Below are positions 46,201 to 59,289 of a stretch of 64,000 bases of DNA, in pieces. Under the pieces are notes generated by a model. It saw nothing but the letters and a program-made list of their open reading frames with translations. It made no database searches and was not told the origin of the DNA. Numbering within the stretch: position 1 is the stretch's first letter; each line of letters opens with the position of its first letter. The position numbers were made by a program, and so were the translations under genes. Source of the DNA: Macrostomum hystrix (lineage: Eukaryota; Animalia; Platyhelminthes); NCBI GenBank assembly GCA_950097015.1, contig CATNEN010000029.1, forward strand, positions 2,666,001-2,730,000. The letters run 5' to 3'.

Positions 46201-48708
46201 CGCCGGCATTTTGGCGCTAATTTGAAATCGCAATTTCAACGCCCCTCGTCAGGACAGTCGAAATCCTTTTGCTAGGTCGTCGGCTGCGTCATTTGACGCA
46301 TCAATAATTACTTTCTGTCAGGTATCGTATTGCTTGAATGAACATATTCTAAAATGCTTAAAAAATTAGCGACTAGTCACAGTGCTTATAGTCTCTTTTC
46401 GAAATTTATTTTTTGTTAAAAATGCATTCGTTTACAGTAGAATAAAACTAACTTAATACTTCTAAGTTACAGTTCAATGCGTCCATGAGTGAGACGCGAT
46501 TTGTTTTAAAATGCGCAGGTTTTTAACGTCTAAAATTTACAGACTTAAATAGCTGACGAAGAGTTTGTGTCATAGTTGCTCGCCGTTTACCTTAGCGAAA
46601 TTACTTGTGCGCGACGCAACTATGAGAAAATTTCTTTTCCATGTCTCGATTTGTGATCCTAGACAGGAATTGTGATTTTTTGATAAATGTCCTAACTGAC
46701 AACTAAACCTAATTTGACAAATAAAATCTAAACCCACACACAGACACAGTCGGACATCTTCACCGTCGTGCAGGCCAGTCACCAGGAATTGGAATGCTTC
46801 AGGCAGAGAATGGAAAAAGTTGAAGACTTCCTCATCTCCATGCAGGTGAGTTGCAGCAGCTCAATTGGAAAATTCCACAATCCTAAAACTTCACCCACCC
46901 GGAATTCCACAACCCAAAACCTTCGCCCACCCCTAATTCCACAACCCCATAACTTCATCCACACCGAATTCCACAACCCCATAACTTCACCCACCCCGAA
47001 TACCTTCACCCACCCCAAATTCCACAACCCAAAACCTTCACCCACCCTTAATTCCACAACCCAAAACCTTCACCCACCCCTAATTCCACAACCCCATAAC
47101 TTCACCCACCCCGAATTCCACAATCCAAAACCTTCACCCACACCGAATTCCACAACCCCATAACTTCACCCACACCGAATTCCACAACCCCATAACTTCA
47201 CCCACCCCGAATTCCGCAATCCAAAACCTTCACCCACCCCAAATTCCACAACCCAAAACCTTCACCCACCTAATTCCACAACCCAAAACCTTCACCCACC
47301 CCTAATTTCACAACCCAAAACCTTCACCCACCCTTAATTTCACAACCCATAACTTTCACCCACCCTTAACTCCACAACCCAAAACCTTCACCCACCCCAA
47401 ATTTTACTACCCAAAACCTTCACCCACCCCAAATTTTACTACCCAAAACTTTCACCCACCCGGAATTCCACAACCCAAAAACTTTACTAACTTACCGCTA
47501 ATAGTTAATTAATATTTATGCGATTTGCAACTGTATAATAATGTTGCGACAAGACTTTCAGAGCGGTAGCTGAGGGGCTTAGTCCCGTCTGGTTCCCCGC
47601 AAATCATTATGATAAGCACTTCTTTAACTGGGTGTAGCATCCAGAAAGTCTAGAATGTGAAATCGGCATGCATGCTAAATGTCAAACACATACATATGTG
47701 TAGTTCGTACAGGCGCGCATCATTTTACAATCACCAAGCATAACATGTTGGCGGACAAGCAGCTTATACACAATGCCTTGTCATGAAAAGCTGTCAGCTG
47801 TTTTAACTATTTTGGTCAGCAACAATGCAGTGGGGCACGTATCATGAAGCAACTGGTTCATTCCGTTAGAATTATTCCATAAGTCATTCTGTAGATCCGA
47901 GTACAGAGGGCTTTCATACAAGTATTATCTTGTACTCGTATGAGTTAGAATTCTCTGTCCAATAATTCTAACAAGTCAGAGTGTTAAGGCTTTATTTTGG
48001 CAGATTAAACTAGCTTAATTAAGCGCTTCAAAATAAAACAATGCCAATTTTTGAAAAATATAAATGTCACGTTTTCTACGAAAAAAATTAGGAAAAAAAT
48101 AATACAAGTCTAGTATATCGCTGATATTTCAGTCCATGGATCTAGCAACAAGCACAAATTTTATTTCATTACCACGCCCGAGCCAACCACCTCACTTTCT
48201 AACACACGCTGTACATTCGACTCCTTTACCAACGCCCGAGCCAACCACCTCACTTTCTAACACACGCTGTACATTCGACTCCTTTACCAACGCCCGAGCC
48301 AACCACCTCACTTTCTAACACACGCTGTACATTCGACTCCTTTACCAACGCCCGAGCCAACCACCTCACTTTCTAACACACGCTGTACATTCGACTCCCT
48401 TACCCACGCCCGAGCCAACCACCTCACTTTCTAACACACGCTGTACATTCGACTCCCTTACCCACGCCCGAGCCAACCACCTCACTTTCTAACACACGCT
48501 GTACATTCGAATCCCTTCCCCTTCCTTTCAAACAATCTCCCTTGATCTCACCTTGCAGCAGCAGCTGATTTCTCTGCCAAGGTTAATCCGTGACGGTGCT
48601 GTCACTGTCAGCATTGGCAGCGGCAGCGGCGGCGGCGGTCGAAGGCAGCTGCATCAGCAGCTGACGGGACAATATCTACAGCAGCAGAGGAGCTGCGGAC
48701 CGCCCTAA
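28239..48708 (+). CDS. KCNN: Small-conductance Ca2+-activated K+ channel (SK/KCNN), 8 coding exons
   Basis: Exons 28239-29459 (..[11 protein letters not shown]1), 32641-32736 (S2), 34793-35347 (S3-S5, pore SIGYGDIVP), 41856-41966 (S6, [17 protein letters not shown]), 44598-44725 (CaM-binding [13 protein letters not shown]), 45215-45284, 46744-46845, 48559-48708 (stop); all GT-AG with consistent phase and no frameshift. Confidence 0.95.
29743..29945 (-). mobile_element. tRNA-derived SINE, second copy (SK intron 1)
   Basis: Shares GCGGCGCATCTGAAGGCTGCGTAC..CAGTCCATGGACTGGGG and GTCGGGAATCGA.CCCCCGACCTTCAAGTC with 1267-1503. Confidence 0.75.
30958..31115. repeat. CT-rich low-complexity tandem repeat (CTCCCTCTCTACCT-like)
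   Basis: Visible. Confidence 0.85.
31470..32410. repeat. G/A-rich array: GGAGTG/GGAAGT hexamers grading into 19-bp (AGTGGGAGAGGGAAGTAGG)n
   Basis: Visible, almost no C on the plus strand. Confidence 0.95.
33182..33482. repeat. 16-bp minisatellite (GAGGTGGACAGTGRCT)n
   Basis: Visible. Confidence 0.95.
34465..34730. repeat. Three diverged ~90-bp direct repeats (CTATTGGCTACAG..GGGAACCCACCTCA) upstream of SK exon 3
   Basis: Visible shared motifs. Confidence 0.7.
35420..35672. repeat. ~61-bp tandem repeat (TAGTCTATGGTAGA..CTCCAAGCCAA..GTCTCTTATTCTG), about 4 copies
   Basis: Visible, just downstream of SK exon 3. Confidence 0.9.
37088..38700. repeat. 15-bp minisatellite (GGGAGAAGGGACAGT)n with variant blocks
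   Basis: Visible; the long ORFs at 37041-38843 are artefacts. Confidence 0.97.
39700..40312. repeat. 11-bp minisatellite (CTATCTAACAG)n
   Basis: Visible. Confidence 0.96.
40772..41742. repeat. 34-bp minisatellite (GTAGAATCCTCTGGAACTTCAGCTGGTCACAGTT)n, about 28 nearly identical copies
   Basis: Visible; no spacers. Confidence 0.97.
42100..42510. repeat. 25-bp minisatellite (AATTCCTAATTGTACTTTTAACTAK)n
   Basis: Visible. Confidence 0.95.
43363..44093 (-). mobile_element. Internally deleted Tc1/IS630-like element in SK intron 4
   Basis: ~38-bp inverted repeats CAATCTAAATGATAATTCGGACATTCAAAACGATAATG (43370-43407) and inverse (44043-44080); residual [33 protein letters not shown] (ORF 43499-43837); flanked by (TAG)n. 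Confidence 0.7.
44756..45192. repeat. 28-bp minisatellite (TGTACTCAGTTGTTCACTCTCTCARAAC)n decaying to a ~12-bp unit
   Basis: Visible; fills most of SK intron 5. Confidence 0.95.
45455..46050. repeat. 13-bp minisatellite (CACCGACACATCT)n
   Basis: Visible. Confidence 0.95.
46870..47485. repeat. ~31-bp minisatellite (AATTCCACAACCCAAAACCTTCACCCACCCC)n
   Basis: Visible; starts ~25 bp after the SK exon 7 donor. Confidence 0.93.
48172..48515. repeat. 58-bp tandem repeat, about 6 copies
   Basis: Visible; ends ~45 bp before the last SK exon. Confidence 0.95.
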
Positions 48709-49597
48709 AACTTTTCTAGCTCCAAAAAGCCATTTGCCTACCCTTTTTCAATTTTTTACTATATTATTATCTTTTTAAAAGGACTAAGCCAAAAAATGAT
48801 GAAAAGCAAAATATAAAGAATTCGAGCAATCAACCTTATGAACCAAAATATTCCATCGGCTATTTCGTTCGTACCAACCATCAGAGAATTTAAATTAACC
48901 GGTTTGAGCTGCTTTGATTTGGCTAGGATAAATTGCTTTTTGAGTACACTTGCTCACCTCAGCTCCCCTCGTGATAATGTCTACTTGCCCAGCCAACGAA
49001 AGATCACAATTGATTAGCCGCAATCGCACAAACTTTACCTATCAATGAAGACTGAGCACAAGTATTGTATGAGATGCAAGTAATTTTTGTTATCTTGACT
49101 AATCTTGTTAATTGACTTCGTTTAACCCTCCGCAACTAATACTTTTTTGCCTCCAGCCAATGCGCTCGCATATATTACGCAATCATCCACACAATCACTT
49201 GCATCTTAGCTAATCATGGTCATGGTAACTAATCGGATGTACTTTTTGCTCATTATGCACCTTATTTAAAACCATTTGCAATCCACAACGCTATTTTTCT
49301 GTTTCTACTCTTCGGGGTCCTTATCCGACAAGGACCATTTCTCGTGCAATTCGTGGCGTTGTTCATTGTGAAGGATCAACGGAAGAAATTTGGTTTTCTT
49401 AGAATTTCCTTAGAAATGGGAATAATGTACTTTGACAGCTTGAAATCGTGTTAAAGTTAAATACTTACTCTTATTCTTTATTTTTAAGACAATACTATTT
49501 TCCCCTCCACATTTAACCACGCCAAGGTCTTCTTTTCTAGCTCATTAGGACTATATGATGTACGGTGAATTGACTCTCTAACCCGCACCCATCCTGC

Positions 49598-50006
49598 TTC
49601 CTTCCCCACAATGTACATTCGACTATTACCCGCGCCAAACTCGTCCATATTCTTACTTCCACGCGATGTACATTCGGCTCTCTTACCCGCGCCAAACTCG
49701 TCCACCTTCTTACTTCCACGCGATGTACATTCGGCTCTCTTTCCCACGCCTAACTTAACCCCTTCTTACTTCCACGCGATGTACATTCGGCTCTCTTTCC
49801 CACGCCTAACTTAACCCCTTCTTACTTCCACGCGATGTACATTCGGCTCTCTTACCCGCGCCAAACTCATCCACCTTCTTACTTCCACGCGATGTACATT
49901 CGGCTCTCTTTCCAACGACTAACTTAAAACCTTACTTCCAGGCGATATACATTCGGCTCTCTTACCCACGCCTAACTTAAAACCCTTCTTACTTCCACGC
50001 GATGTA
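49598..50006. repeat. ~52-bp tandem repeat (CTTCTTACTTCCACGCGATGTACATTCGGCTCTC..)
   Basis: Visible. Confidence 0.9.
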
Positions 50007-52954
50007 CGCTCTTACAATGTGCTCCAAACCTGATAGAATTTCTGTCTCTGAGTTTGCATTCGTCTGCATGCATACGTCGGATGCCCATGCGGCATGCAGA
50101 TCTGTAAATTGTCTCTCACACAGCCAAACTGGCTTTTATGCGAATGTTATTTTGCGTGTCGTATTCTGTGTAAGTGCATTCTCTCCCGTTTCACTTGTTT
50201 TGCCCGAAACCTACTAATACGATGGGCACCTGCGCTAATGGTGTCATTACCGTGAATCGTTACCATTGCATGACACGCGCGAGGATTTTAGGCTCGTTTT
50301 CCACTCTCAAGCAAATAATGGCAAAAAAGTATGCAACGCAATTTTGTTGCAGGGCCAATTGTTTTTGGTTTTAGCAAAATCTTCAAATACATGCTGAAAT
50401 CGTATTTTTAACCAGAAAAAAACTGTTGTGATTGAAATTCCCAACTGCGAATTCCTGCCCCCCTGGGAGGAACTGGCTTCTGTCTGTTCAATCCGCTTTT
50501 TCCCGCATATGCGCAGTTGACTAATTGAATTAAATTCAACTCAGCACAGTATTGTCACGGGCTTGAGAATCGGTTTCATTTTGTTAATGCTAAACATAAC
50601 AATGCGCTTGGCGTGGCCTGCGTAAGCATCAAGAATATTTAGAGAAGATGAAGCATTTTAGAAATCATTTTCAGTCACACCCCACTTAGGATTCTGAGTC
50701 GATTGAGAGACGAGGAGGCGACTCACAACTCTCGATGGAATGGGAGAGTGAATTGCCACTATATGAAAGAATAATAATTTTACTGCACCTCAGTATTAGC
50801 CTACTGACAAAAGTAGTATGGCAGAGAAATTCGCACGATTGCTATGCTAAAATCTAGACCGAACTTTCCGCGTTTTGCATTCTGGCTCATCAATTAAGAT
50901 TAAAGGGGAAGATTTGGACAATAATGGCATAGCTGAAGTCACTGATGCCTAGAACTCCCCATCAATTCCATCTCTCTTTGTTGGCGCAGATCGCAAATTA
51001 GCAAACAATAAATATCCACAGAGTGCTCAGTTTTGTGAGCATAAACTCACTAATTTTCCAGCTGCCAACAAAGTAGCATTGTAATTGGATATTAGATTGA
51101 TTTGCTCAAACTGATATTCTCTATACGCAGCCTATAGCTGAGCATCAAATGCATCACCAGACCAGCGGACCGCAGCTTCACACGGAAGAGGCTGGACAAA
51201 GCGGCTGCTATTGCATTGAATCAATTCAGCACAGTCGCTGCCACTACTACCGCTGTTGTTGTATGGTTGCTATGAATGAAATCAATTGGCACAAGGTGAT
51301 AAAATAGAAATCTATCAGCTAAGGGGCGAGGTGAGAGAGACAGACAGATGCCTCGCGCAAGCTGGACTGTATACAGAAACTTTTTGGTGCCACAAAGATT
51401 TTAGGCGCCTGTTTGTTCACCTTCCGTCACTGCTTCTGGAAGCAGCAGAAAATGCTCTCTTATTTCCCCCACAATGGAACTTCCAATGCCGCCATTCTGT
51501 TTCCATGCTGGGCTTTAAATACTACTTTTAGCGCCCCCCCGGATTAGCAAATCCGGCAACATTGCAGCGCGGGACCCGAACAATTAAGGAGTATCGGGCA
51601 GAGCATGAGATTATGAGCTTGTCTGTGACAGGACCCCGCGTGGAACCAACTCACACGGTTTATTTGCACACCTGATCAGCCATCAATGTGCTCAGCGGGC
51701 CGTGCGAATCCACCCCACCGACCTTCCTTCCTAATACAGAGAATTGAGTTGCAGCTTTATATGATCTGTGAAGGATTAGACACGAAATTTGACAAGACTA
51801 ACCTCTATAATTAGAGCATCTACTCCAATTGATGTGAGCTGATCAGAGAAATACCTGAACCTCAGGCTACGAGTATGACTGAAATAATCAGATAGCGGAG
51901 TGAAAGTGGTGAATTATGTTCTTGCAGATTGAAATATAAATAGAATGATGCCAACATAGATGGGCCACATGCACAGCCACAGCTATTGCACATTGCTTCC
52001 AAAGGCCGGTAGACAGAAGACTCCAATAGTAATAATAATAGTAGCTTGCAGGAGGGCAGGAGGGCAGCGGGCAATGGCACATCATTTGGTGACACTGGAC
52101 CTGCAGCCAGCGAGGATATAAAGAGGCAATTCTGCCCATTTCGCTGACACCTGAGCACACACTCACACAGGTGTGTACATCTGCCCTGACTTTCTCATTG
52201 TCAGGCAGTGTACACTCTCACTGTGCCTTGGAGGTTGGCCCTCAGTGGCGTTAATTGCACGACAAGCCCCCAAGCCTTCTCTCCGCGTCTGCGCCCCAAA
52301 TAAATGTGGCCTCGCCGCGGAATCGAGCTCAGGGACCTTGGCGGTTTAGACAGCTCTACAAATAACCCCACGAAAACTAACTTTTATTTTAATGTTAGGA
52401 AGTGCGAAACATTAGTATAAAAATATATTTCAATCTAATTCACGAATCTTGTCGAATCTAACCTCAGTTTTTAGTGCACTCTTGTTAAAGCTCGTGAATA
52501 TTACCAATGAGAAAAGTAGAAATTTCTTAGAAATCGCAAGTCCGTTATACAACAGCGGCAGATTAGAAATAAGCCCAGAAGAAAAGCAGCGAAATGCTTG
52601 CAGCTTGTGACTGGGCAAAGAATAGACATAAAAGCGCAGCCGCACTACTTTCCCATTGTTTGAAGTGGAAGCGCTTGAGCTAGAAGCCCTGGCAGGTGCT
52701 GCAGCAGGAGACCGAAGGTGAACAAAAGAGCTGTTGGAAGCCGATCGACAAAAGTTGTACGACACGCTTCTGAGTGCGCGACTCTTATTCGCTGCTCAAC
52801 AATGCTCAAATTGATCTTAACAGGTTGGTCTAGAATCTTGCTCATTGCATTGACATTTTCGCGTGCCCTTCGTCTTCGTCTTTCTTTCGAAAACTTCCTA
52901 TTTATCCTCATTTTTGGATAACAGAGCTATTATAGAGGGGATTAGTAGGACAGT

Positions 52955-53605
52955 AGAGATGGTAGAGTGGGGATAATCAGAGGTGGTAGAGTGGGGATAA
53001 TCAGAGGTAATAGAGTGGGGATAATCAGAGGTGGTAGAGTGGAGATAATCAGAGGTGGTAGAGTGGAGATAATCAGAGGTAATAGAGTGGGGATAATCAG
53101 AGGTGGTAGAGTGGAGATAATCAGAGGTGGTAGAGTGGAGATAATCAGAGGTAATAGAGTGGGGATAATCAGAGCTGGTAGAGTGGGGATAATCAGAGCT
53201 GGTAGAGTGGGGATAATCAGAGGTGGTAGAGTGGAGATAATCAGAGGTGGTAGAGTGGAGATAATCAGAGCTGGTAGAGTGGAGATAATCAGAGGTGGTA
53301 GAGTGGAGATAATCAGAGCTGGTAGAGTGGAGATAATCAGAGGTAATAGAGTGGGGATAATCAGAGCTGGTAGAGTGGGGATAATCAGAGCTGGTAGAGT
53401 GGGGATAATCAGAGGTGGTAGAGTGGAGATAATCAGAGCTGGTAGAGTGGAGATAATCAGAGGTGGTAGAGTGGAGATAATCAGAGCTGGTAGAGTGGGG
53501 ATAATCAGAGGTAATAGAGTGGGGATAATCAGAGCTGGTAGAGTGGGGATAATCAGAGGTGGTAGAGTGGGGATAATCAGAGCTGGTAGAGTGGGAATAA
53601 TGTGA
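52955..53605. repeat. 24-bp minisatellite (ATAATCAGAGGTGGTAGAGTGGRG)n
   Basis: Visible. Confidence 0.96.
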
Positions 53606-54074
53606 GCTGGTAGAGCGGATCGAGGATAACAAAGGATGTAATTAATGAACAATTATTCGCAGATCTAAACTGTAAAAGCAGTTGACAGTAGTTGTACAGG
53701 CTGAACGGGTGATTATCAGTGGGATTTAGAACTGGCCCTGATTCATGCCCCAGGCCACACAGAGTCCTGGAGTATTTACAGTGGAGTAGTCGGCGAACTC
53801 AGGTCGGACACTCCCCCCTCCCCAGCTCTCATGCCATGAGGCATAAGGGACTGGAGTACCTGCAGCCCGCATATGTCTGTGGGGCGATGGCTGGGTGGGT
53901 GAGATTCGGTGCCCGCGAGCGCCAAGGTCGCTAATTGGTCCGTGTGGCTTTGAGTCCGTGTGTGTGTAGGTAGCTAGGTGTATCAGAAGTATGCGACAAC
54001 TTTTCCTTTTGACGCCTCTAGAAGCAGCTGTTCGTGTCACCCGCCCCCCAGCCTCCATCGGACAACATCAATAC

Positions 54075-54425
54075 CGCTCATAGAAGAGAAGGTGTGAAAA
54101 AATGCATTAATTAACACAGCGAGCTCGTCTCCTACTGCCGAGAAGTTCTCGCTCTATAGAACATTTTGTTATACACCTGGTTGCGAGACGATTCTTACAA
54201 CTTTCTACTCACCTGACACCAGTATGAGACAGTTTTTTTGCTCTAAACGACAAGAAAAATTTCTGTTGCATTAGTGCCAAGGTGCATCATCGATGATGGC
54301 ATTGTATATTTGAGCTGGTTTATCACAACACCTTCGGGTCAGGAGTAGAGCTGGGAACTCACGCGACTGTCTAACTTCTCTGCTTTATGGAATTATGGAA
54401 GTGCTTTACAAATGGACACCTTTTG
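54075..54425 (+). mobile_element. Possible highly decayed RTE-like LINE RT C-terminus
   Basis: Hand translation KFSLYRTF..GCETILTT..RAGNSR..SLLYG resembles RTE motifs (LY..YGCETW; WAGH; LLYG); related ACGATTCTTACAACTT segment at ~43055; weak. Confidence 0.3.
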
Positions 54426-57400
54426 CTGACACCATTCAGTTACTCCTGCTGACACCATTCAGTTACTCCTGCTGACACCATTCAGTTACTCCTGCTGACA
54501 CCATTCAGTTACTCCTGCTGACACCATTTAGTTACTCCTGCTGACACCATTCAGTTACTCCTGCTGACACCATTCAGTTACTCCTGCTGACACCATTTAG
54601 TTACTCCTGCTGACACCATTCAGTTACTCCTGCTGACACCATTCAGTTACTCCTGCTGGAACCATTTAGTTACTCCTGCTGACACCATTCAGTTACTCCT
54701 GCTGACACCATTCAGTTACTCCTGCTGACACCATTCAGTTACTCCTGCTGACACCATTCAGTTACTCCTGCTGACACCATTCAGTTACTCCTGCTGACAC
54801 CATTCAGTTACTCCTGCTGACACCATTCAGTTACTCCTGCTGACACCATTCAGTTACTCCTGCTGACACCATTCAGTTACTCCTGCTGACACCATTCAGT
54901 TACTCCTGCTGACACCATTCAGTTACTCCTGCTGACACCATCTAGTTACTCCTGCTGACACCATTCAGTTACTCCTGCTGACACCATTCAGTTACTCCTG
55001 CTGACACCATTCAGTTACTCCTGCTGACACCATTCAGTTACTCCTGCTGACACCATTTAGTTACTCCTGCTGACACCATTCAGTTACTCCTGCTGACACC
55101 ATTCAGTTACTCCTGCTGACACCATTCAGTTACTCCTGATGACACCATTCAGTTACTCCTGCTGACACCATTCAGTTACTCCTGCTGACACCATTCAGTT
55201 ACTCCTGCTGACACCATCTAGTTACTCCTGCTGACACCATTCAGTTACTCCTGCTGACACCATTCAGTTACTCCTGCTGACACCATTCAGTTACTCCTGC
55301 TGACACCATTCAGTTACTCCTGCTGACACCATTCAGTTACTCCTGCTGACACCATTCAGTTACTCCTGCTGACACCATTCAGTTACTCCTGCTGACACCA
55401 TTCAGTTACTCCTGCTGACACCATTCAGTTACTCCTGATGACACCATTTAGTTACTCCTGCTGACACCATTCAGTTACTCCTGCTGACACCATTCAGTTA
55501 CTCCTGCTGACACCATCTAGTTACTCCTGCTGACACCATTCAGTTACTCCTGCTGACACCATTCAGTTACTCCTGCTGACACCATTCAGTTACTCCTGCT
55601 GACACCATTCAGTTACTCCTGCTGACACCATTCAGTTACTCCTGCTGACACCATTCAGTTACTCCTGCTGACACCATTCAGTTACTCCTGCTGACACCAT
55701 TCAGTTACTCCTGCTGACACCATTCAGTTACTCCTGATGACACCATTTAGTTACTCCTGCTGACACCATTCAGTTACTCCTGCTGACACCATTCAGTTAC
55801 TCCTGCTGACACCATTCAGTTACTCCTGCTGACACCATTCAGTTACTCCTGCTGACACCATTCAGTTACTCCTGCTGACACCATTCAGTTACTCCTGCTG
55901 ACACCATTTAGTTACTCCTGCTGACACCATTTCAGTTACTCCTGCTGACACCATTCAGTTACTCCTGCTGACACCATTTAGTTACTCCTGCTGACACCAT
56001 TCAGTTACTCCTGCTGACACCATTCAGTTACTCCTGCTGACACCATTCAGTTACTCCTGCTGACACCATTCAGTTACTCCTGCTGACACCATTCAGTTAC
56101 TCCTGCTGACACCATTCAGTTACTCCTGCTGACACCATTCAGTTACTCCTGCTGACACCATTCAGTTACTCCTGCTGACACCATTCAGTTACTCCTGCTG
56201 ACACCATTCAGTTACTCCTGCTGACACCATTCAGTTACTCCTGCTGACACCATTCAGTTACTCCTGCTGACACCATTCAGTTACTCCTGCTGACACCATT
56301 CAGTTACTCCTGCTGACACCATTCAGTTACTCCTGCTGACACCATTTAGTTACTCCTGCTGACACCATTCAGTTACTCCTGCTGACACCATTCAGTTACT
56401 CCTGCTGACACCATTTAGTTACTCCTGCTGACACCATTCAGTTACTCCTGCTGACACCATTCAGTTACTCCTGCTGACACCATTCAGTTACTCCTGCTGA
56501 CACCATTCAGTTACTCCTGCTGACACCATTCAGTTACTCCTGCTGACACCATTCAGTTACTCCTGCTGACACCATTCAGTTACTCCTGCTGACACCATTC
56601 AGTTACTCCTGCTGACACCATTCAGTTACTCCTGCTGGAACCATTTAGTTACTCCTGCTGACACCATTTAGTTACTCCTGCTGACACCATTCAGTTACTC
56701 CTGCTGACACCATTCAGTTACTCCTGCTGACACCATTCAGTTACTCCTGCTGACACCATTCAGTTACTCCTGCTGACACCATTCAGTTACTCCTGCTGAC
56801 ACCATTCAGTTACTCCTGCTGGACACCATTCAGTTACTCCTGCTGACACCATTCAGTTACTCCTGCTGACACCATTTAGTTACTCCTGCTGACACCATTC
56901 AGTTACTCCTGCTGACACCATTTAGCTACTCCTGCTGACACCATTCAGTTACTCCTGCTGACACCATTAGTTACTCCTGCTGACACCATTCAGTTACTCC
57001 TGCTGACAACCATTCAGTTACTCCTGCTGGAACCATTCAGTTACTCCTGATGACACCATTCAGTTACTCCTGCTGGAACCATTTAGTTACTCCTGCTGAC
57101 ACCATTCAGTTACTCCTGTTGGAACCATTCAGTTACTCCTGATGACACCATTCAGTTACTCCTGCTGGAACCATTTAGTTACTCCTGATGACACCATTCA
57201 GTTACTCCTGCTGACACCATTCAGTTACTCCTGCTGACACCATTCAGTTACTCCTGCTGGAACCATTCAGTTACTCCTGATGACACCATTCAGTTACTCC
57301 TGCTGGAACCATTTAGTTACTCCTGATGACACCATTCAGTTACTCCTGCTGACACCATTCAGTTACTCCTGCTGGAACCATTTAGTTACTCCTGCTGACA

Positions 57401-57680
57401 CCATTCAGTTACTCCTGCTGGAACCATTCAGTTACTCCTGATGACACCATTCAGTTACTCCTGCTGGAACCATTCAGTTACTCCTGATGACACCATTTAG
57501 TTACTCCTGCTGACACTATTCAGTTACTCCTGCTGGAACCATTTAGTTACTCCTGATGACACCATTTAGTTACTCCTGATGACACCATTCAGTTACTCCT
57601 GCTGGAACCATTCAGTTACTCCTGCTGACACCATTTAGTTACTCCTGCTGGAACCATTCAGTTACTCCTGATGACACCAG
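54425..57680. repeat. 23-bp minisatellite (GCTGACACCATTCAGTTACTCCT)n, about 140 copies, 3.2 kb
   Basis: Visible; very homogeneous, variants concentrated at the right end; no spacers. Confidence 0.98.
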
Positions 57681-57685
57681 TCAGT

Positions 57686-58076
57686 TGCGCATCTTCTGAA
57701 ACAAGAATCAAGTCGCCAGCTCTTCAGACCTTCAAGATATTCAATGGTTCTGGCCGAAGGTCAGGTTTTTTCTGTAAAAGAAAGTGTATTTCATACACCC
57801 CTATACACGAATTAGCACTGCGCCTCAGTGCGGCCTTGCCATGCCTTCAAAATGTATCAGCATGTCACCCGAATGTGCCTGCATCATCTCTCTCTTCGGT
57901 GGTTACCAACCTTTATCTAGACGGGCTGCTAGACCTTCAAGGGCTACAACAGGTGGAAATAGGCTACTATGAACACCTTGACGCGAATTTCTCCAATTTC
58001 ACTGATCAAGCCTAACATCCACAGGTCATCCATCGCCTAGTCTATCACCAACGCTTTTAGCATTCAGGCGCTGCTA
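57686..58076 (+). repeat. Dispersed repeat (~400 bp), copy 2
   Basis: Inverted homologue of 24945-25348. Confidence 0.85.
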
Positions 58077-58892
58077 GAAGAATTCAGGAGAGTAATTCCC
58101 TTTTAGTAAAAAAAAAACAGGCGGCAAATGGCTTGGTAGTCCTACTGTTAAATATAACAAACAGATTAATATAATAACGAAATACAAAATCAGATTTCCA
58201 AAATGAAATCAGCTGATTGCTGGGGGCGGATTTATTTGCATTTGACTATCTGTGAAGTTATTCGTCATTTTGTGAATCAGTTCAAGACAGATAGGTGCAC
58301 TGAAAATTCGCACATAAAAATGTATGCTCATTCTATCTTGTGAATCCTAAATCCTTACTGGTGTATCCTTCAGTTGAGCGACAATCGCTACTAACTGCAA
58401 GGTCGCCAACGTGTTAAAGAACATGAGGCCATATTTTGACAAGCCGAGCACAAGGGTAATATCGAATAGCAACATAATCCCACATTTTCGCATCGTCAAA
58501 TGCTCAAATTACTCCATTAGCTATTGAAGCGCTAGCAATGCTACACATTTTGATATTCTAACAAGAGCTGCCAACAATAAATAAATGAGACTGTGAAACA
58601 GTCAGAGTGAAGTCCTATACGCATTGAGAACGAAGCCAGCACAGGAAGCCTCATTGAATTGCAATACCACATGGCCTGGACTGAAGCATGGGCCTATGGG
58701 AAAGCCACAAAACAGTTTTTTTATACCTGATTGTTTTCTCATCTCGCGGGATTGTCGGAGAAGTCCGCGAGAAATTTTGCTTCTAAGGACACGCCCATAT
58801 GGATGAGTTCCCTTACCAATCCGTAAATGCTCACTCCGTCTTTACCACCCACCCCGCAACCACTTGTTAATCTGTCTAATGCGAAGATACCA

Positions 58893-58893
58893 G

Positions 58894-58945
<52 letters not shown>

Positions 58946-58965
58946 AGCAGCAGCAGAAGCAGCAA
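58893..58965. repeat. (CAG)n microsatellite
   Basis: Visible, with one TAG interruption. Confidence 0.95.
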
Positions 58966-59289
58966 AGTGCACAAGTCTATTTCTATTTTATTTTTCTAGC
59001 CAACACCCTGACGCATTTAAATTGTTGGTCTGTGAAGTGGCAAATATTTGAAGTGCGTTAACCGTTCTTCTGACCATGAGCTATCATTAAATATGATCAT
59101 TGTTAACACTTTGTTGTTTAGTTAAGTCGTTAGCTATGTAAATCTTTCTGTTTGACTTGCAGATTAATATGAAAACATAAATAGCTGCCATCCACTAATA
59201 TGATGAGTGTGGCTTGAAACTTGGACTCACTGGCTATGAGTTACGATTAGGGTCAGAATAAACTTCCCACCTCATCGCATGCCCCACAA

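Noticed and set aside
52645-52911. Basic ORF with RRRRAR resembling a HES-type bHLH basic region
   Set aside because: No helix-loop-helix pattern follows; similarity limited to a basic patch
54425-57680. CRISPR-like array (also 40772-41742 and 1-636)
   Set aside because: Head-to-tail repeats with no unique spacers, no cas genes, eukaryotic context
58830-58965. PolyQ-coding exon
   Set aside because: Gln frame is interrupted by TAG, no splice context or flanking protein signal
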